Shown: piece by piece, positions 36,147-45,403 of the stretch | How positions within the stretch are numbered: the stretch's first letter is position 1 | Layout of the letters: every line of letters begins with the position of its first letter | IMG/VR virus record: IMGVR_UViG_3300003322_000571 | Span: 1 to 64,000 of that record | Length of the DNA stretch: 64,000 nt | Direction: 5' to 3' (one strand) | Position numbers and translations under genes: made by a program | The notes under the pieces: generated by a model | The model's database searches: none | Seen by the model: the letters and a program-made list of their open reading frames with translations, nothing else | Told to the model about the DNA's origin: nothing

Positions 36147-36644
36147 ATGCTAGACTATCTGTACGACGTTGAAGACCGCATTCACGAACTGTTATCGCAT
36201 CCCGAACTATGGAATGATCTTCTCGTTACTTACGAGAAGCCGACCGTAGAACGTCTGTGGATGCAAGACGGCGAGAACCGAATTTACCTGCACAGGATTC
36301 ACACGTGCAATCCAGGTGAAGCGTACTATCACAAGCATCCGTGGCCTTCCGCAATGCGTGTTGTTTCAGGAACGTACGAGATGCAAGTTGGGCTAATGAT
36401 GCCTGGCAATACGGAGCCAACAACGGCTGCAAAGCTTCGTTTGGATCATGGATCTACATACGAGATGACCAACTCTGAAGCAATGCATTCTGTGCGACCT
36501 CTTGCATACGAAACTTTGTCGCTGATGGTAACTGGTCCTCGCTGGACTATTAGTGATTCAGCCGCAAAGCTTGATAACGGTCGACTGACACAGGATCAAC
36601 GAGATAGGTTGTTTGCAGATTTTCTGGACTACTATCTTTGGTAA
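36147..36644 (+). CDS. cupin-like protein
   Basis: HKHPW, GTYE, HSV. Confidence 0.6.
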   Translation: MLDYLYDVEDRIHELLSHPELWNDLLVTYEKPTVERLWMQDGENRIYLHRIHTCNPGEAYYHKHPWPSAMRVVSGTYEMQVGLMMPGNTEPTTAAKLRLDHGSTYEMTNSEAMHSVRPLAYETLSLMVTGPRWTISDSAAKLDNGRLTQDQRDRLFADFLDYYLW

Positions 36645-36649
36645 AAATT

Positions 36650-36718
36650 GGGCTGCCCGCTGGGGCGGAGGGATCCCTTGCAAGGATCTCGGGACGGGTT
36701 CGATCCCCGTGCGGTCCA
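36650..36718 (+). tRNA. tRNA-Ala(TGC), short D-arm
   Basis: G3:U70; GATCC-CTTGCAA-GGATC. Confidence 0.8.
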
Positions 36719-36723
36719 CATAT

Positions 36724-36783
36724 GAGCTTGATGTTGATGCAACCTGCATGCGGAGAGCGGTACGAGTCCGCATAGGTTCACCA
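36724..36783 (+). ncRNA. mini tRNA-like RNA (G3:U70, ACCA end) related to 33521-33599
   Basis: GAGCTTG/TAGGTTC-ACCA; shared TGTTGATGC and TAC(A/G)AGT T-loop. Confidence 0.55.
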
Positions 36784-36804
36784 CAAACATAGACAGGAAT
36801 TAGA

Positions 36805-37086
36805 ATGTACACAGAAATTGTTGTAGATCATACGCACTATTTCGTCGCTACAAAAGTGATGGAAGGACGAGTATTTGATGTATCAACGCACGCAGGACTA
36901 CACAACCTGTTGGCGATGAGTGATTTTGTAGTTCGAAACCAACAGTTCATCAAATGTCGCCATGATTTGGCGTTTATTGTAAGGACATTCTGTGAAAACC
37001 AACAATCAGAAAGTGCCAAGCGCGCAGACGAAATCTTCGAAGTCGCCAAGTACGGACCAGGATTCTTCGACCTCCATCGATATTGA
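36805..37086 (+). CDS. hypothetical protein
   Basis: ORF with RBS. Confidence 0.5.
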   Translation: MYTEIVVDHTHYFVATKVMEGRVFDVSTHAGLHNLLAMSDFVVRNQQFIKCRHDLAFIVRTFCENQQSESAKRADEIFEVAKYGPGFFDLHRY

Positions 37087-37360
37087 ATCGTCTCCCGATG
37101 AGAAGTTCAAGAAGCAGTGGAAAGAGACGGCAGCGCGTCTTGCTGACTTGCAGAAGTTGATTTACGACTTCTATGAGCTTCACGATACGGACGTAATTGA
37201 CGGCAGCAAGAAAAAGAAGATTCCGCCGAGGAGAGACCTTCAATTGCAACGTCAACTGTACCGTCAAGAAGCTACCAGGTTGCATAACTTGAGGGTCAAG
37301 CTGATCATGTCAGCTTACGATGAAAATCGTCGTCTCCGTACAGAACTGTTTGAGGATTAA
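36992..37360 (+). CDS. hypothetical protein
   Basis: ORF; start uncertain. Confidence 0.5.
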   Translation: MKTNNQKVPSAQTKSSKSPSTDQDSSTSIDIESSPDEKFKKQWKETAARLADLQKLIYDFYELHDTDVIDGSKKKKIPPRRDLQLQRQLYRQEATRLHNLRVKLIMSAYDENRRLRTELFED

Positions 37361-37362
37361 TT

Positions 37363-37608
37363 ATGTACGATGCGCTCGAGCGATACATGCGAGCTTGCGA
37401 GGTAGTATTCAACATCATCTCAGCGCCGTTCAAGTTGAGTAAGGATGGCACGCTGGTGTATTACTTCCTGTTTACGTTTGTCGGCGTGCCGTCACTAGCA
37501 GTATCTTTGGTACTTGCTGTATTTGGTTGGTTGACTTGGTGGACAACAGTTGGTGTTATTGTTGTTAACTTGGCTGTAGTTTGGTATTGGTTCATTTACA
37601 AGAAGTGA
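37363..37608 (+). CDS. membrane protein
   Basis: Two transmembrane segments; GAGG RBS. Confidence 0.65.
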   Translation: MYDALERYMRACEVVFNIISAPFKLSKDGTLVYYFLFTFVGVPSLAVSLVLAVFGWLTWWTTVGVIVVNLAVVWYWFIYKK

Positions 37609-37613
37609 ACGCT

Positions 37614-37684
37614 GGGATGCAAACTTTAAGGTGAAGTACCTGGCTTTTAACCAGGAAAACAGGGGTCAGTACCCTGGCGTCCTA
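37614..37684 (+). tRNA. tRNA-Lys(TTT), atypical T-loop
   Basis: CCTGG-CTTTTAA-CCAGG. Confidence 0.8.
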
Positions 37685-37701
37685 CTAACGGGAAGACAGA
37701 C

Positions 37702-38118
37702 ATGACTGAAGACGAAGTAACAGTGATGAAGCAGATCTGGTCGTTGATGATCCATGAAGGTCGTCCGACAGATCCTAATGCTGACTGGTCAATCTACTGC
37801 GGTGATTTTAATGATTACTGGCAGCTTACCAGCACAGGCTGGGATGGATTGAAGAAGCAAAAGGATGCGTTCATCGAACAAATCAAAGAGGTAGGTGTTA
37901 ACATCTACCGCTGCGACGTTCCTGAGTACAATTGTTATGGTCACTTCTGTGATTCCAACTCACCATGCGATCAAGTCCATGTGTGGACAGGGAACATGCT
38001 GTTGAATGATGGGACAAAGATTTTTGTGTCCGCAAAGGATATTGATCTTCGTCCGCTTGTTAATCGATTGACAAGCAAACAAGACCAAGTAGACTTGGTC
38101 AAACTATATTTTGGTTGA
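37702..38118 (+). CDS. hypothetical protein
   Basis: ORF. Confidence 0.65.
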   Translation: MTEDEVTVMKQIWSLMIHEGRPTDPNADWSIYCGDFNDYWQLTSTGWDGLKKQKDAFIEQIKEVGVNIYRCDVPEYNCYGHFCDSNSPCDQVHVWTGNMLLNDGTKIFVSAKDIDLRPLVNRLTSKQDQVDLVKLYFG

Positions 38119-38222
38119 TTTAGCACATACAAGGAGGATGCTATGACACCGCTAAACGCATCGAGCGAACCAATGGAGTTCCGCGTAACAGTGTAAACGG
38201 AATATCGAACAAGTTCAAGAGG

Positions 38223-38513
38223 ATGGCCGAGATCTACAGGATCTTTGCTAAAGACTGGGAACACGTACTCGACTTTTCCGATGACGCTTTATTGCAGTTG
38301 TATAACCACGAATCGTACGGTGGGCGTATTGATTCGAACAATGGTTATGCGCACGGCAAAAAGTATCTTAATTTGCACGTTACGATGTGGAAAGAAGATA
38401 TCGCAAAGGGCTTGCTTTTCAAGCATGAGCTATACGAAGACAACGTCTTCCCTCACTGGTGGCTAGACAACATCTTGAAAGATGTGTACAACAACTATGC
38501 TACCTGGAAATAA
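38223..38513 (+). CDS. hypothetical protein
   Basis: ORF. Confidence 0.65.
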   Translation: MAEIYRIFAKDWEHVLDFSDDALLQLYNHESYGGRIDSNNGYAHGKKYLNLHVTMWKEDIAKGLLFKHELYEDNVFPHWWLDNILKDVYNNYATWK

Positions 38514-38530
38514 TCACAAGAACACATCCT

Positions 38531-38872
38531 ATGAACACGCATTCTGTCCCTCAAGACGTCCTACAAAAATTCTTCACGAACACAGACGACACAGGTCGCT
38601 TTGTGTATACGTCGAAGCGAACAGGCCGCACATACTTTGTCGAGCCTATTGAAACCGCTCACACACCTAAATGGGGTTCTGTTGATCCTGCGACAGGCAA
38701 CCTCATGCATAAGAAGGGCGACGGTAAGTACCGTGGTGGTATCTCTCCTAGCGAATCGTTGATCACGCCGGAGAATGGTTTCAAGAATATTCAGGTGCTA
38801 GACCGCGGTACAAGTCCTTTGCTTGCAATCGACTATATCGATTCAAAGTACCCTGATAAAGTTGACACTTAA
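38531..38872 (+). CDS. conserved-type hypothetical protein
   Basis: TGRF..S.RTGRTYFVEPI, WGSVDPATG, ESLITPENGF. Confidence 0.75.
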   Translation: MNTHSVPQDVLQKFFTNTDDTGRFVYTSKRTGRTYFVEPIETAHTPKWGSVDPATGNLMHKKGDGKYRGGISPSESLITPENGFKNIQVLDRGTSPLLAIDYIDSKYPDKVDT

Positions 38873-39005
38873 ACGGGTTAACTTGACACTGAGCGCGATT
38901 GAGTCTCCTCGCTCATAAAACATACGAAGAGATCCGCGTAGCGCGATCCAGCGCCATCCTGTAAAGGGCAAGTACTGGAAGGTCAGGCAGCGGCTGACCA
39001 ATCAT

Positions 39006-39079
39006 GGGGGCGGAGTGTTTACGGGATAGCACGTTACTCTTGCACGGTTTCAGATCGAGTTCAAGCCTCGACGCCTCCA
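39006..39079 (+). tRNA. tRNA-Ala(TGC), divergent
   Basis: GGGGGCG/CGCCTCC with G3:U70; loop CT-TGC-AC. Confidence 0.75.
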
Positions 39080-39102
39080 CAAACTTCTAGACGAGAATAG
39101 AC

Positions 39103-39543
39103 ATGAAAGTCCGCAAGATCGCTAAGGCGAAACTCTTCACTTATGCACAACGCCAAGCGTTTTACACCGCGCGTTGGTTCAGTCTGCGATTCAGTGCATG
39201 GGGGAGCGACGTACGTCGTGCAGCTCGCCATTTGAAGGTCGGTACAATCATTGAGACGTGTGGCCTTGACGTTGCTGAAATCGTTAACGTTGATTGGCAA
39301 GATGACAGTATCAAATACAAGTCACTGACACGTCCTGACCAAGGGTTTGGATACTGCAGTATTCGTAATTGTGGACCTCTGCCTCTTCGTCCTTACGCTG
39401 TTGAGCGCCGTCTTGACCTGTTTAACAAGTACGGAAAAGACGGTCTGTCTCTGCGTTATTACGTCGAAGATTGCCGGATGCCAATCGAAGAAGCTAAGAA
39501 GCAGCTTGACGCTTTTAAGGCGGAGTGGAATGCGAAAGAATGA
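39103..39543 (+). CDS. hypothetical protein
   Basis: ORF. Confidence 0.65.
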   Translation: MKVRKIAKAKLFTYAQRQAFYTARWFSLRFSAWGSDVRRAARHLKVGTIIETCGLDVAEIVNVDWQDDSIKYKSLTRPDQGFGYCSIRNCGPLPLRPYAVERRLDLFNKYGKDGLSLRYYVEDCRMPIEEAKKQLDAFKAEWNAKE

Positions 39544-39892
39544 TCTGATCAAGATGCTACAGGACCTACCTGGTAATCCTGAAGTTGTGTTCTGGAACGG
39601 ATTTGTCAATGACTACCATCATATTGATCGTAACGTTGAGACGGTGACACTGGTCAAAGAAACACGAGAGTTTGTTCGTCATTGCTTGACGCTTGCTTCG
39701 GGTGGGGTTCCTCCTACGGAGCAAACGTTGGATGCTGCAATGAAACGTCGTGAATGGGAACGTCCGAACGAATTTGTTGATCCTAATGAACATCAACAGT
39801 GGTACGGCACGAAGAAGAAAAAGTTGTACGTGCTACAAGGATTGCCGCGCGGTAAGACTATGTGGGATCGTATGGGTGACATGGAATACTAA
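39530..39892 (+). CDS. hypothetical protein
   Basis: GGAG RBS; MRKNDLIKMLQDLPGNPEV. Confidence 0.7.
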   Translation: MRKNDLIKMLQDLPGNPEVVFWNGFVNDYHHIDRNVETVTLVKETREFVRHCLTLASGGVPPTEQTLDAAMKRREWERPNEFVDPNEHQQWYGTKKKKLYVLQGLPRGKTMWDRMGDMEY

Positions 39893-40075
39893 ATGGCAAC
39901 AACCACAAATCAAAAGGCGATGGCACTGCTTGATTTATGTGAGAAGTTCGTTAACGACCAAAGGATTTCTTGCCCCGAAGCTGTTTACCAAACAGATAGG
40001 GTCATTGAAAATGCATATGACTTCATTACAGAAGTGTGTGAAATCGTAGGCTATTACGAATACCCGGAGGAATGA
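39893..40075 (+). CDS. hypothetical protein
   Basis: Coupled ORF. Confidence 0.65.
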   Translation: MATTTNQKAMALLDLCEKFVNDQRISCPEAVYQTDRVIENAYDFITEVCEIVGYYEYPEE

Positions 40076-40269
40076 TGGGAACTTTGATTTGGTTGGTGTT
40101 CACGACCGTCGTTGGCGGTCTGATCGGCAAGTATGTCCCTGCTGAATCGCAAGCGTTCATCGGTGCTGTGATCGGCTTTGTTGTCGGTCTGGTTCTTCGA
40201 CTGATTGTTGCGGGCGGTGGCGAAGGTCTCGATGATCTTGCTGACGGTATCGGCGACATGATCGACTGA
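40072..40269 (+). CDS. small membrane protein
   Basis: Two transmembrane segments. Confidence 0.65.
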   Translation: MMGTLIWLVFTTVVGGLIGKYVPAESQAFIGAVIGFVVGLVLRLIVAGGGEGLDDLADGIGDMID

Positions 40270-40276
40270 TGGTATT

Positions 40277-40349
40277 GGGGGATTAGCTCAGCTGGGAGAG
40301 CGACGGATTTGCAATTCGTAGGTCAGGAGTTCGATCCTCCTATCCTCCA
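40277..40349 (+). tRNA. tRNA-Ala(TGC)
   Basis: Canonical; G3:U70. Confidence 0.93.
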
Positions 40350-40541
40350 CAAAGAAAGTAACGTATGGTACTGACATTTACATTGGCGTGGTGGATGATT
40401 CCACTAGCGGTTGCAGTAATCGGAACGTTGTTCATGCCAACAGGTTCAGGTGGCTTTGTAGTAGGGCTACTGTGCTGGTTTGCAGCGATTTGTATCGTAT
40501 TAGGTCGTTATGTCGGCCTGTGGTTCGGTTGAACATTTTAT

Positions 40542-40612
40542 ACCTCGTTAGCTCAAAGGTAGAGCGCTGCATTGACATTGCAGATACGGCGGATCGTTAC
40601 CGTCACGAGGTA
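40542..40612 (+). tRNA. tRNA-Val(GAC)
   Basis: CTGCA-TTGACAT-TGCAG. Confidence 0.88.
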
Positions 40613-40633
40613 CAAAGATACGTTATAACGTTT

Positions 40634-40704
40634 GCTCTCATAGTACAGTGGCAGTACACGACCTTGGTACGGTTGAGACATGGGTTCAATTCCCGTTGAG
40701 AGCA
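40634..40704 (+). tRNA. tRNA-Thr(GGT)
   Basis: Loop TT-GGT-AC. Confidence 0.88.
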
Positions 40705-40708
40705 CAAA

Positions 40709-40906
40709 ATGATTGTTTGTATTTGTCATTTTGTCCGTTCCCAAGACATTGAAAAATGTATTGAAGACGGATGTGATTTGGAAGGCATCCAAAAGCGAAC
40801 ACGTGCATGTACATCATGTATGCGCTGCAGAGATGTCATTGAAGACTTGTTACAGAAGGGAACTAGTGATGCTAGGCTATCCAGTGAGGATGACGGGACG
40901 AGATAG
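40709..40906 (+). CDS. Bfd-like (2Fe-2S) protein
   Basis: MIVCIC...CTSC. Confidence 0.75.
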   Translation: MIVCICHFVRSQDIEKCIEDGCDLEGIQKRTRACTSCMRCRDVIEDLLQKGTSDARLSSEDDGTR

Positions 40907-41138
40907 TTGGTCCGGTCCTGAAGATAACGGTTACTACGTGTTCAACAGCGATGCTGCACGTAAGGCGTATATCAACGACCAGATGAAGGATCGACGTGGT
41001 GCTGCTCCGGAATACTACGTTGAGTACACTTCCGAACAACCGTTCGAGCTGTTGCCTGAAAGCGTCAACAAGTTCGACGAAGATGGCAAGTTCTTTGCTG
41101 AAAAGATCAGCAAGACTGTCAAAATCAACTTGGTGTGA
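40869..41138 (+). CDS. hypothetical protein
   Basis: ORF. Confidence 0.6.
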   Translation: MLGYPVRMTGRDSWSGPEDNGYYVFNSDAARKAYINDQMKDRRGAAPEYYVEYTSEQPFELLPESVNKFDEDGKFFAEKISKTVKINLV

Positions 41139-41350
41139 ACATGAAACTGGTTGAAGTCACCGGAACTATCCCTGCAGGCTCGTATCCAGCTGTATGCAGC
41201 GGATACGTGTCTGAGTTCAAAGTGAACGGTCAAACATACCGTGCGAAATTCAAGATTGGAGTTCGCGGTATCAACATTCAAGACACCGTGACGGTTACCC
41301 CTGAAGGGATTACGTCGCAGCATCTTGGCGCCAACGGTATTATCGTTTAA
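41135..41350 (+). CDS. hypothetical protein
   Basis: Coupled ORF. Confidence 0.6.
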   Translation: MNMKLVEVTGTIPAGSYPAVCSGYVSEFKVNGQTYRAKFKIGVRGINIQDTVTVTPEGITSQHLGANGIIV

Positions 41351-41763
41351 TGTCGTACGCAAAAAAGACGATCACTTGTATCTATTGCGGTTGTACCAAA
41401 GATCAAAGCCGGCATTCTGCCAAAGGTAAGTACTGTTCCAATAAATGTCAACAGGACTTCCAATATCAACAATACGTCACTCAATGGAAATCAGGCGAGG
41501 TGACTGGTCTCGTTGGTAAGACAGGTATTAGTTACCATGTTCGCAGATATGTGTTTGCGAAATATAACAACAAGTGCTGTATTTGTGGCTGGCGTGAACA
41601 GCATCCCACAGATGGTTCAATCCCTCTAGAAATTGATCATATTGATGGCGATTGGACTAACACCATTGAGAGTAATCTTCGGTTGCTATGTCCCAACTGT
41701 CATAGTTTGACCCCTACATATAAAAGTAGGAATCGTGGTAAGAGTTCACGAACGTATAAATAA
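41350..41763 (+). CDS. HNH endonuclease
   Basis: YCSNKC, LEIDHIDG, NLRLLCPNCH. Confidence 0.9.
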   Translation: MSYAKKTITCIYCGCTKDQSRHSAKGKYCSNKCQQDFQYQQYVTQWKSGEVTGLVGKTGISYHVRRYVFAKYNNKCCICGWREQHPTDGSIPLEIDHIDGDWTNTIESNLRLLCPNCHSLTPTYKSRNRGKSSRTYK

Positions 41764-41770
41764 CTCCATT

Positions 41771-41841
41771 GCCCTTGTAGTATATTGGTATTACAATTGC
41801 CTTGTAAGCATTAGAAGACGGTTCGATTCCGTACTGGGGCA
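41771..41841 (+). tRNA. tRNA-Thr(TGT)
   Basis: Loop CT-TGT-AA. Confidence 0.85.
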
Positions 41842-42041
41842 CAGTCCGAATGTGGTAGCACGGCCGTAAAGGTATAGTCGACCAGCATTTCCGCAGTCGT
41901 AAGCGGATTCATCGAAGCTAGAAAGGCGTACTAGCGCTCGAAAGAGAGATGAGGAAAAAGAAGGCCTTGCAGGTTCTTACCTGGACAAGGGGACTGACCG
42001 TAGGTCAGAAGCCGGTTCTTCTGCCGTCCTTCGATGTTTTT

Positions 42042-42112
42042 GCTCTGTTAGTATAGTGGTATTATGCGACACTCGTAACGTTGAGACTGCAGTTCGATTC
42101 TGCAACGGAGCA
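42042..42112 (+). tRNA. tRNA-Thr(CGT)
   Basis: Loop CT-CGT-AA. Confidence 0.85.
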
Positions 42113-42304
42113 CAAAGCAAGTAGCATTAAGGTCGGTTGTTACAGTTCAGCCCGAATAGATGCGCATCAAGTGACAAACAAGCAACTGTATGCTGTCGCA
42201 TGAGCTTGCCTCCCCTTAAACAAGTACATCTAAATTGGTCTTTTGACCCGTTTTCTTTAATTGCGAACCCTCCTATAGTTGCTGAAACTTAGGAGGGTTT
42301 CCCT

Positions 42305-42706
42305 ATGCAATACAGGATCACCGTGACGGCTGTTCCGTCCGATCTTGCACGCGGTAACAATAAGCCGTACATTGACTGGATTCGTCAGCTGACCGGTGAT
42401 GCACTTGCTGATGGCCATCGCAAGTTCTGTGCGATCCGTGATGGCATGCCGTTGTCATACGTGACGTGGTATCGTCCGACCAAGCCTGCTCCTCTTGGAT
42501 TGTCAGTCGAAGTTGAGGAAATCCTGACGGAGCAGGAACTGAAAGACCGTGAAGCTGCGCAGCTCCGTGAGTTCATGGTCGAAAAGTTCCAAAACCTGCT
42601 CAAAGAGGGCGCTGAGGGATTCAGCGGCTCCGCTGTCGAAGCATGCCGCATGCTGATCAAAGATCCGACACTGATCGGTCACAAGTACATCGCAGCGGGT
42701 GGTTGA
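42305..42706 (+). CDS. hypothetical protein
   Basis: AGGAGG RBS. Confidence 0.65.
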   Translation: MQYRITVTAVPSDLARGNNKPYIDWIRQLTGDALADGHRKFCAIRDGMPLSYVTWYRPTKPAPLGLSVEVEEILTEQELKDREAAQLREFMVEKFQNLLKEGAEGFSGSAVEACRMLIKDPTLIGHKYIAAGG

Positions 42707-43205
42707 TATGGATCGATATACACCATTCGTCATTGCTGGCGTTCTTGCGTTTGGATCGGTCGCTGTACTACGCACCTGTTCCCCGAGTTACCGTGAGGTG
42801 GTTGACAAGCCTGCGGTTTCGATCACCGTCAATCACACGAAGGCTCCGTACCAATGGAAAGTGATCCGTGTGCTCGACGGTGATACCGTTGAAGTCGATG
42901 CAAAGTTCTTCCCCGAAGAGCTCGGCAACATCCGCGTGCGGATTGAAGGAATCGATACACCCGAATCAGGTGGCCGAGCAAAATGTGACGACGAACGTGA
43001 CCGTGCGAAAGTCGCAAAGAAGTTCGCCAAGGACACTCTGGAAGGCAAAGTGATCGAAGTCCGTCAAGTGAAGACAGACAAGTACGGTGGTCGTATCGTC
43101 GGTGACATCTACATCGATGGCAAACCCTATCGCCAGCTGTTGCTTGAAAAGGGACTTGCGAAGTCGTATGATGGTGGTACAAAATCATCATGGTGTCGCC
43201 TATGA
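42699..43205 (+). CDS. thermonuclease (SNase) family protein
   Basis: RVLDGDT, RIEGIDTPE, DKYGGR, GLAKSY. Confidence 0.9.
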   Translation: MVDMDRYTPFVIAGVLAFGSVAVLRTCSPSYREVVDKPAVSITVNHTKAPYQWKVIRVLDGDTVEVDAKFFPEELGNIRVRIEGIDTPESGGRAKCDDERDRAKVAKKFAKDTLEGKVIEVRQVKTDKYGGRIVGDIYIDGKPYRQLLLEKGLAKSYDGGTKSSWCRL

Positions 43206-43362
43206 AAAAGCTATTCACTTACGTCCCTCAGAAACTAAGCAAATTCTTCGGTCAAGACCGGTACACACTGTTTGCGTTGTACGGGTTCTGGTGGACATTC
43301 TTGTCTGAAATTGTCCTCTTGATTTTGATCTCCGGCTTGGCGCTGTTCTACTGGCTGTTCGA

Positions 43363-43563
43363 ATGAAAGTCAATGTAGGCCATAAGCCATACTCTGCAGG
43401 GATGCGTCTGATGCTGTCTCATGCAGTACGGCAGCATTTTCAGGACTGGACTTCTGTTGTTGTCGTGCATCATTACACTGATAATAGCGATAAACTTCAA
43501 CTTGAAGTAGAGCGCCGTCATCAAGACGGGACAATCACATTTGAACGGTTGATTTTCAAATGA
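43363..43563 (+). CDS. hypothetical protein
   Basis: Coupled ORF. Confidence 0.5.
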   Translation: MKVNVGHKPYSAGMRLMLSHAVRQHFQDWTSVVVVHHYTDNSDKLQLEVERRHQDGTITFERLIFK

Positions 43564-43940
43564 AAACGCGAATCACGAAACAACATGAGCTGATGTCCGA
43601 AGAACGTTTCGACGACATCAAGAACAAGCTTCGCCATCTGTTGATTGACGGCGTGATCCTGTATTTCGACGACAGCACGCAAGTGCGTTGGCTCGACGCC
43701 GGCCAAACGTACGAAGCAGGCGACTACATTTACAAGGCGATGGAAAGTGGTGTGTTCATCCTGTGGCCTGGAAATGATGAACACCACTGGATGTATCACG
43801 GTTCGTTCAAGATGTACGAATCTGCTCTGTTCGACGGAATCCTCGAGAGCGCCGAAAAGGCATATGAACTCGAAGGATGGTTCACTGGCGTTCTTGCCAG
43901 TAAGGTGCTGACTGACATGCGCCGCGAAAGGAAAATCTAA
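43560..43940 (+). CDS. hypothetical protein
   Basis: Coupled ORF. Confidence 0.65.
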   Translation: MKTRITKQHELMSEERFDDIKNKLRHLLIDGVILYFDDSTQVRWLDAGQTYEAGDYIYKAMESGVFILWPGNDEHHWMYHGSFKMYESALFDGILESAEKAYELEGWFTGVLASKVLTDMRRERKI

Positions 43941-44797
43941 TGCTGCCCCATCGCCTTAACAAGGATGCTGAATCGTATGAAGATGTTTTTCAGTACTTTC
44001 AGACACGTGCTCTCCAACTGACGCCGTACGGCGTACGGTGGAATCGACGTCTCGAAAAAGTCGATGGCGGCTATACGACTGTGCTGACTTACCTCGGACG
44101 GAACTATAGCTCGTTCTATACTGTTCTGTCTGAACGTGGTAAGGGCAAGACTGAAAAGATGGCAAGGGCACTGCCGTACGAAGTGTTGACTGTTCCTGAC
44201 TGTCATATCGCAGGATTCCTTGACTACCACAAGATTCCGTACGACATGTTCTCGGGAATTATTTCGAATACTGTTGAGTACGAAAAGATCGAGCAGTACT
44301 ACGGTACACGTCAGCCGAATCGCGCTCCTGTTTACTTCATGAATCACGTCGACGAAGGGATGTATATCCTCGACAAGATTGGTGCTAGTGATGCGGCAAT
44401 GCGGGCATTTGCGCTCCATCCGATCATCCAAGATGACAAGGACATGCCTGTCAACTACAAGTCGTTGCTTGATTGCAACCCTGAAGCGTTGATTTTGGCT
44501 GTAGAATATCGGAATATTGCCAATCAGTACCTGTCCAATAAGGTAACTGTGTCTGGTGATACGTTCGATTACCACGGAGGTCCGGTGCTCGGTCCTGTCA
44601 AGGCTGTCAACGACATGTTGATTGCTGACAAGATTCAGAACTACAAGGACTTCCTGCTGTATCACCACAAGACGCACCCCCGGTCCCGGGAACTGGAAGC
44701 GTATTTCAAGGTCTGGCTTGAAGCGCTTGGGATCACGAACTTCAAGGATTGGTTCGATGAATTGAACGAACTCAATCCGCCACACAATATGCGATGA
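43940..44797 (+). CDS. conserved-type hypothetical protein (possible HD-like)
   Basis: MNHVDEG, LHPIIQ, MLIADKIQN. Confidence 0.7.
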   Translation: MLPHRLNKDAESYEDVFQYFQTRALQLTPYGVRWNRRLEKVDGGYTTVLTYLGRNYSSFYTVLSERGKGKTEKMARALPYEVLTVPDCHIAGFLDYHKIPYDMFSGIISNTVEYEKIEQYYGTRQPNRAPVYFMNHVDEGMYILDKIGASDAAMRAFALHPIIQDDKDMPVNYKSLLDCNPEALILAVEYRNIANQYLSNKVTVSGDTFDYHGGPVLGPVKAVNDMLIADKIQNYKDFLLYHHKTHPRSRELEAYFKVWLEALGITNFKDWFDELNELNPPHNMR

Positions 44798-45393
44798 CAT
44801 CAATTAAACACTTTGGGATTCCTGGATTTGGCTCAGGAATTCTCCAACCGAAACTCTCGCGGAACTTCCGCGTTCGATTCCTTGACACGGACGGTAATCC
44901 ACTACCGTACTCTGAACACCTGTCAAAGCAGGTAACAACGACTGATCCAATTCCGGTGTGGACCTTGCGTAGTCGCACATCTCAGTGGGGAACTCTCGTT
45001 GGTCAAGAGGAGTTCACGATCGTCTTCGAAGACGACGTCCAGGACCTCGTTGCTAGTAGCTTGCTGAAACTGCAGCAGGAGCTGACGTTCACTGTAGCGA
45101 TCGACTACCTCGACGGGAATGACACTGTCATTCGAACAATCAGTTTGACGACCGCAAACGTGGAGAAGCTGTTGTTTGACAGCTTGAGCTACGCGAGTAA
45201 GAGTGCGGTAAGTACGTTCGACGCTAAGTACAGTACAGATATCAGTGATAATGAGTCTGACATTGCGTTGGCCTTGAACGACCTCAAGTCGACGACTACG
45301 ATGTACAATTGCCGTGAATCAGACGTACTGTCGATCTTTGTGACGATCAACTACACTGACGTCAAATTTCAATTCAACAATCCAAACCTCTAA
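44794..45393 (+). CDS. tail-tube (gp19-like) paralog
   Basis: ILQPKL...FRVRF, TIVFEDD, LDGN, LSYAS pattern. Confidence 0.55.
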   Translation: MTSIKHFGIPGFGSGILQPKLSRNFRVRFLDTDGNPLPYSEHLSKQVTTTDPIPVWTLRSRTSQWGTLVGQEEFTIVFEDDVQDLVASSLLKLQQELTFTVAIDYLDGNDTVIRTISLTTANVEKLLFDSLSYASKSAVSTFDAKYSTDISDNESDIALALNDLKSTTTMYNCRESDVLSIFVTINYTDVKFQFNNPNL

Positions 45394-45403
45394 AGGACGA
45401 ATC

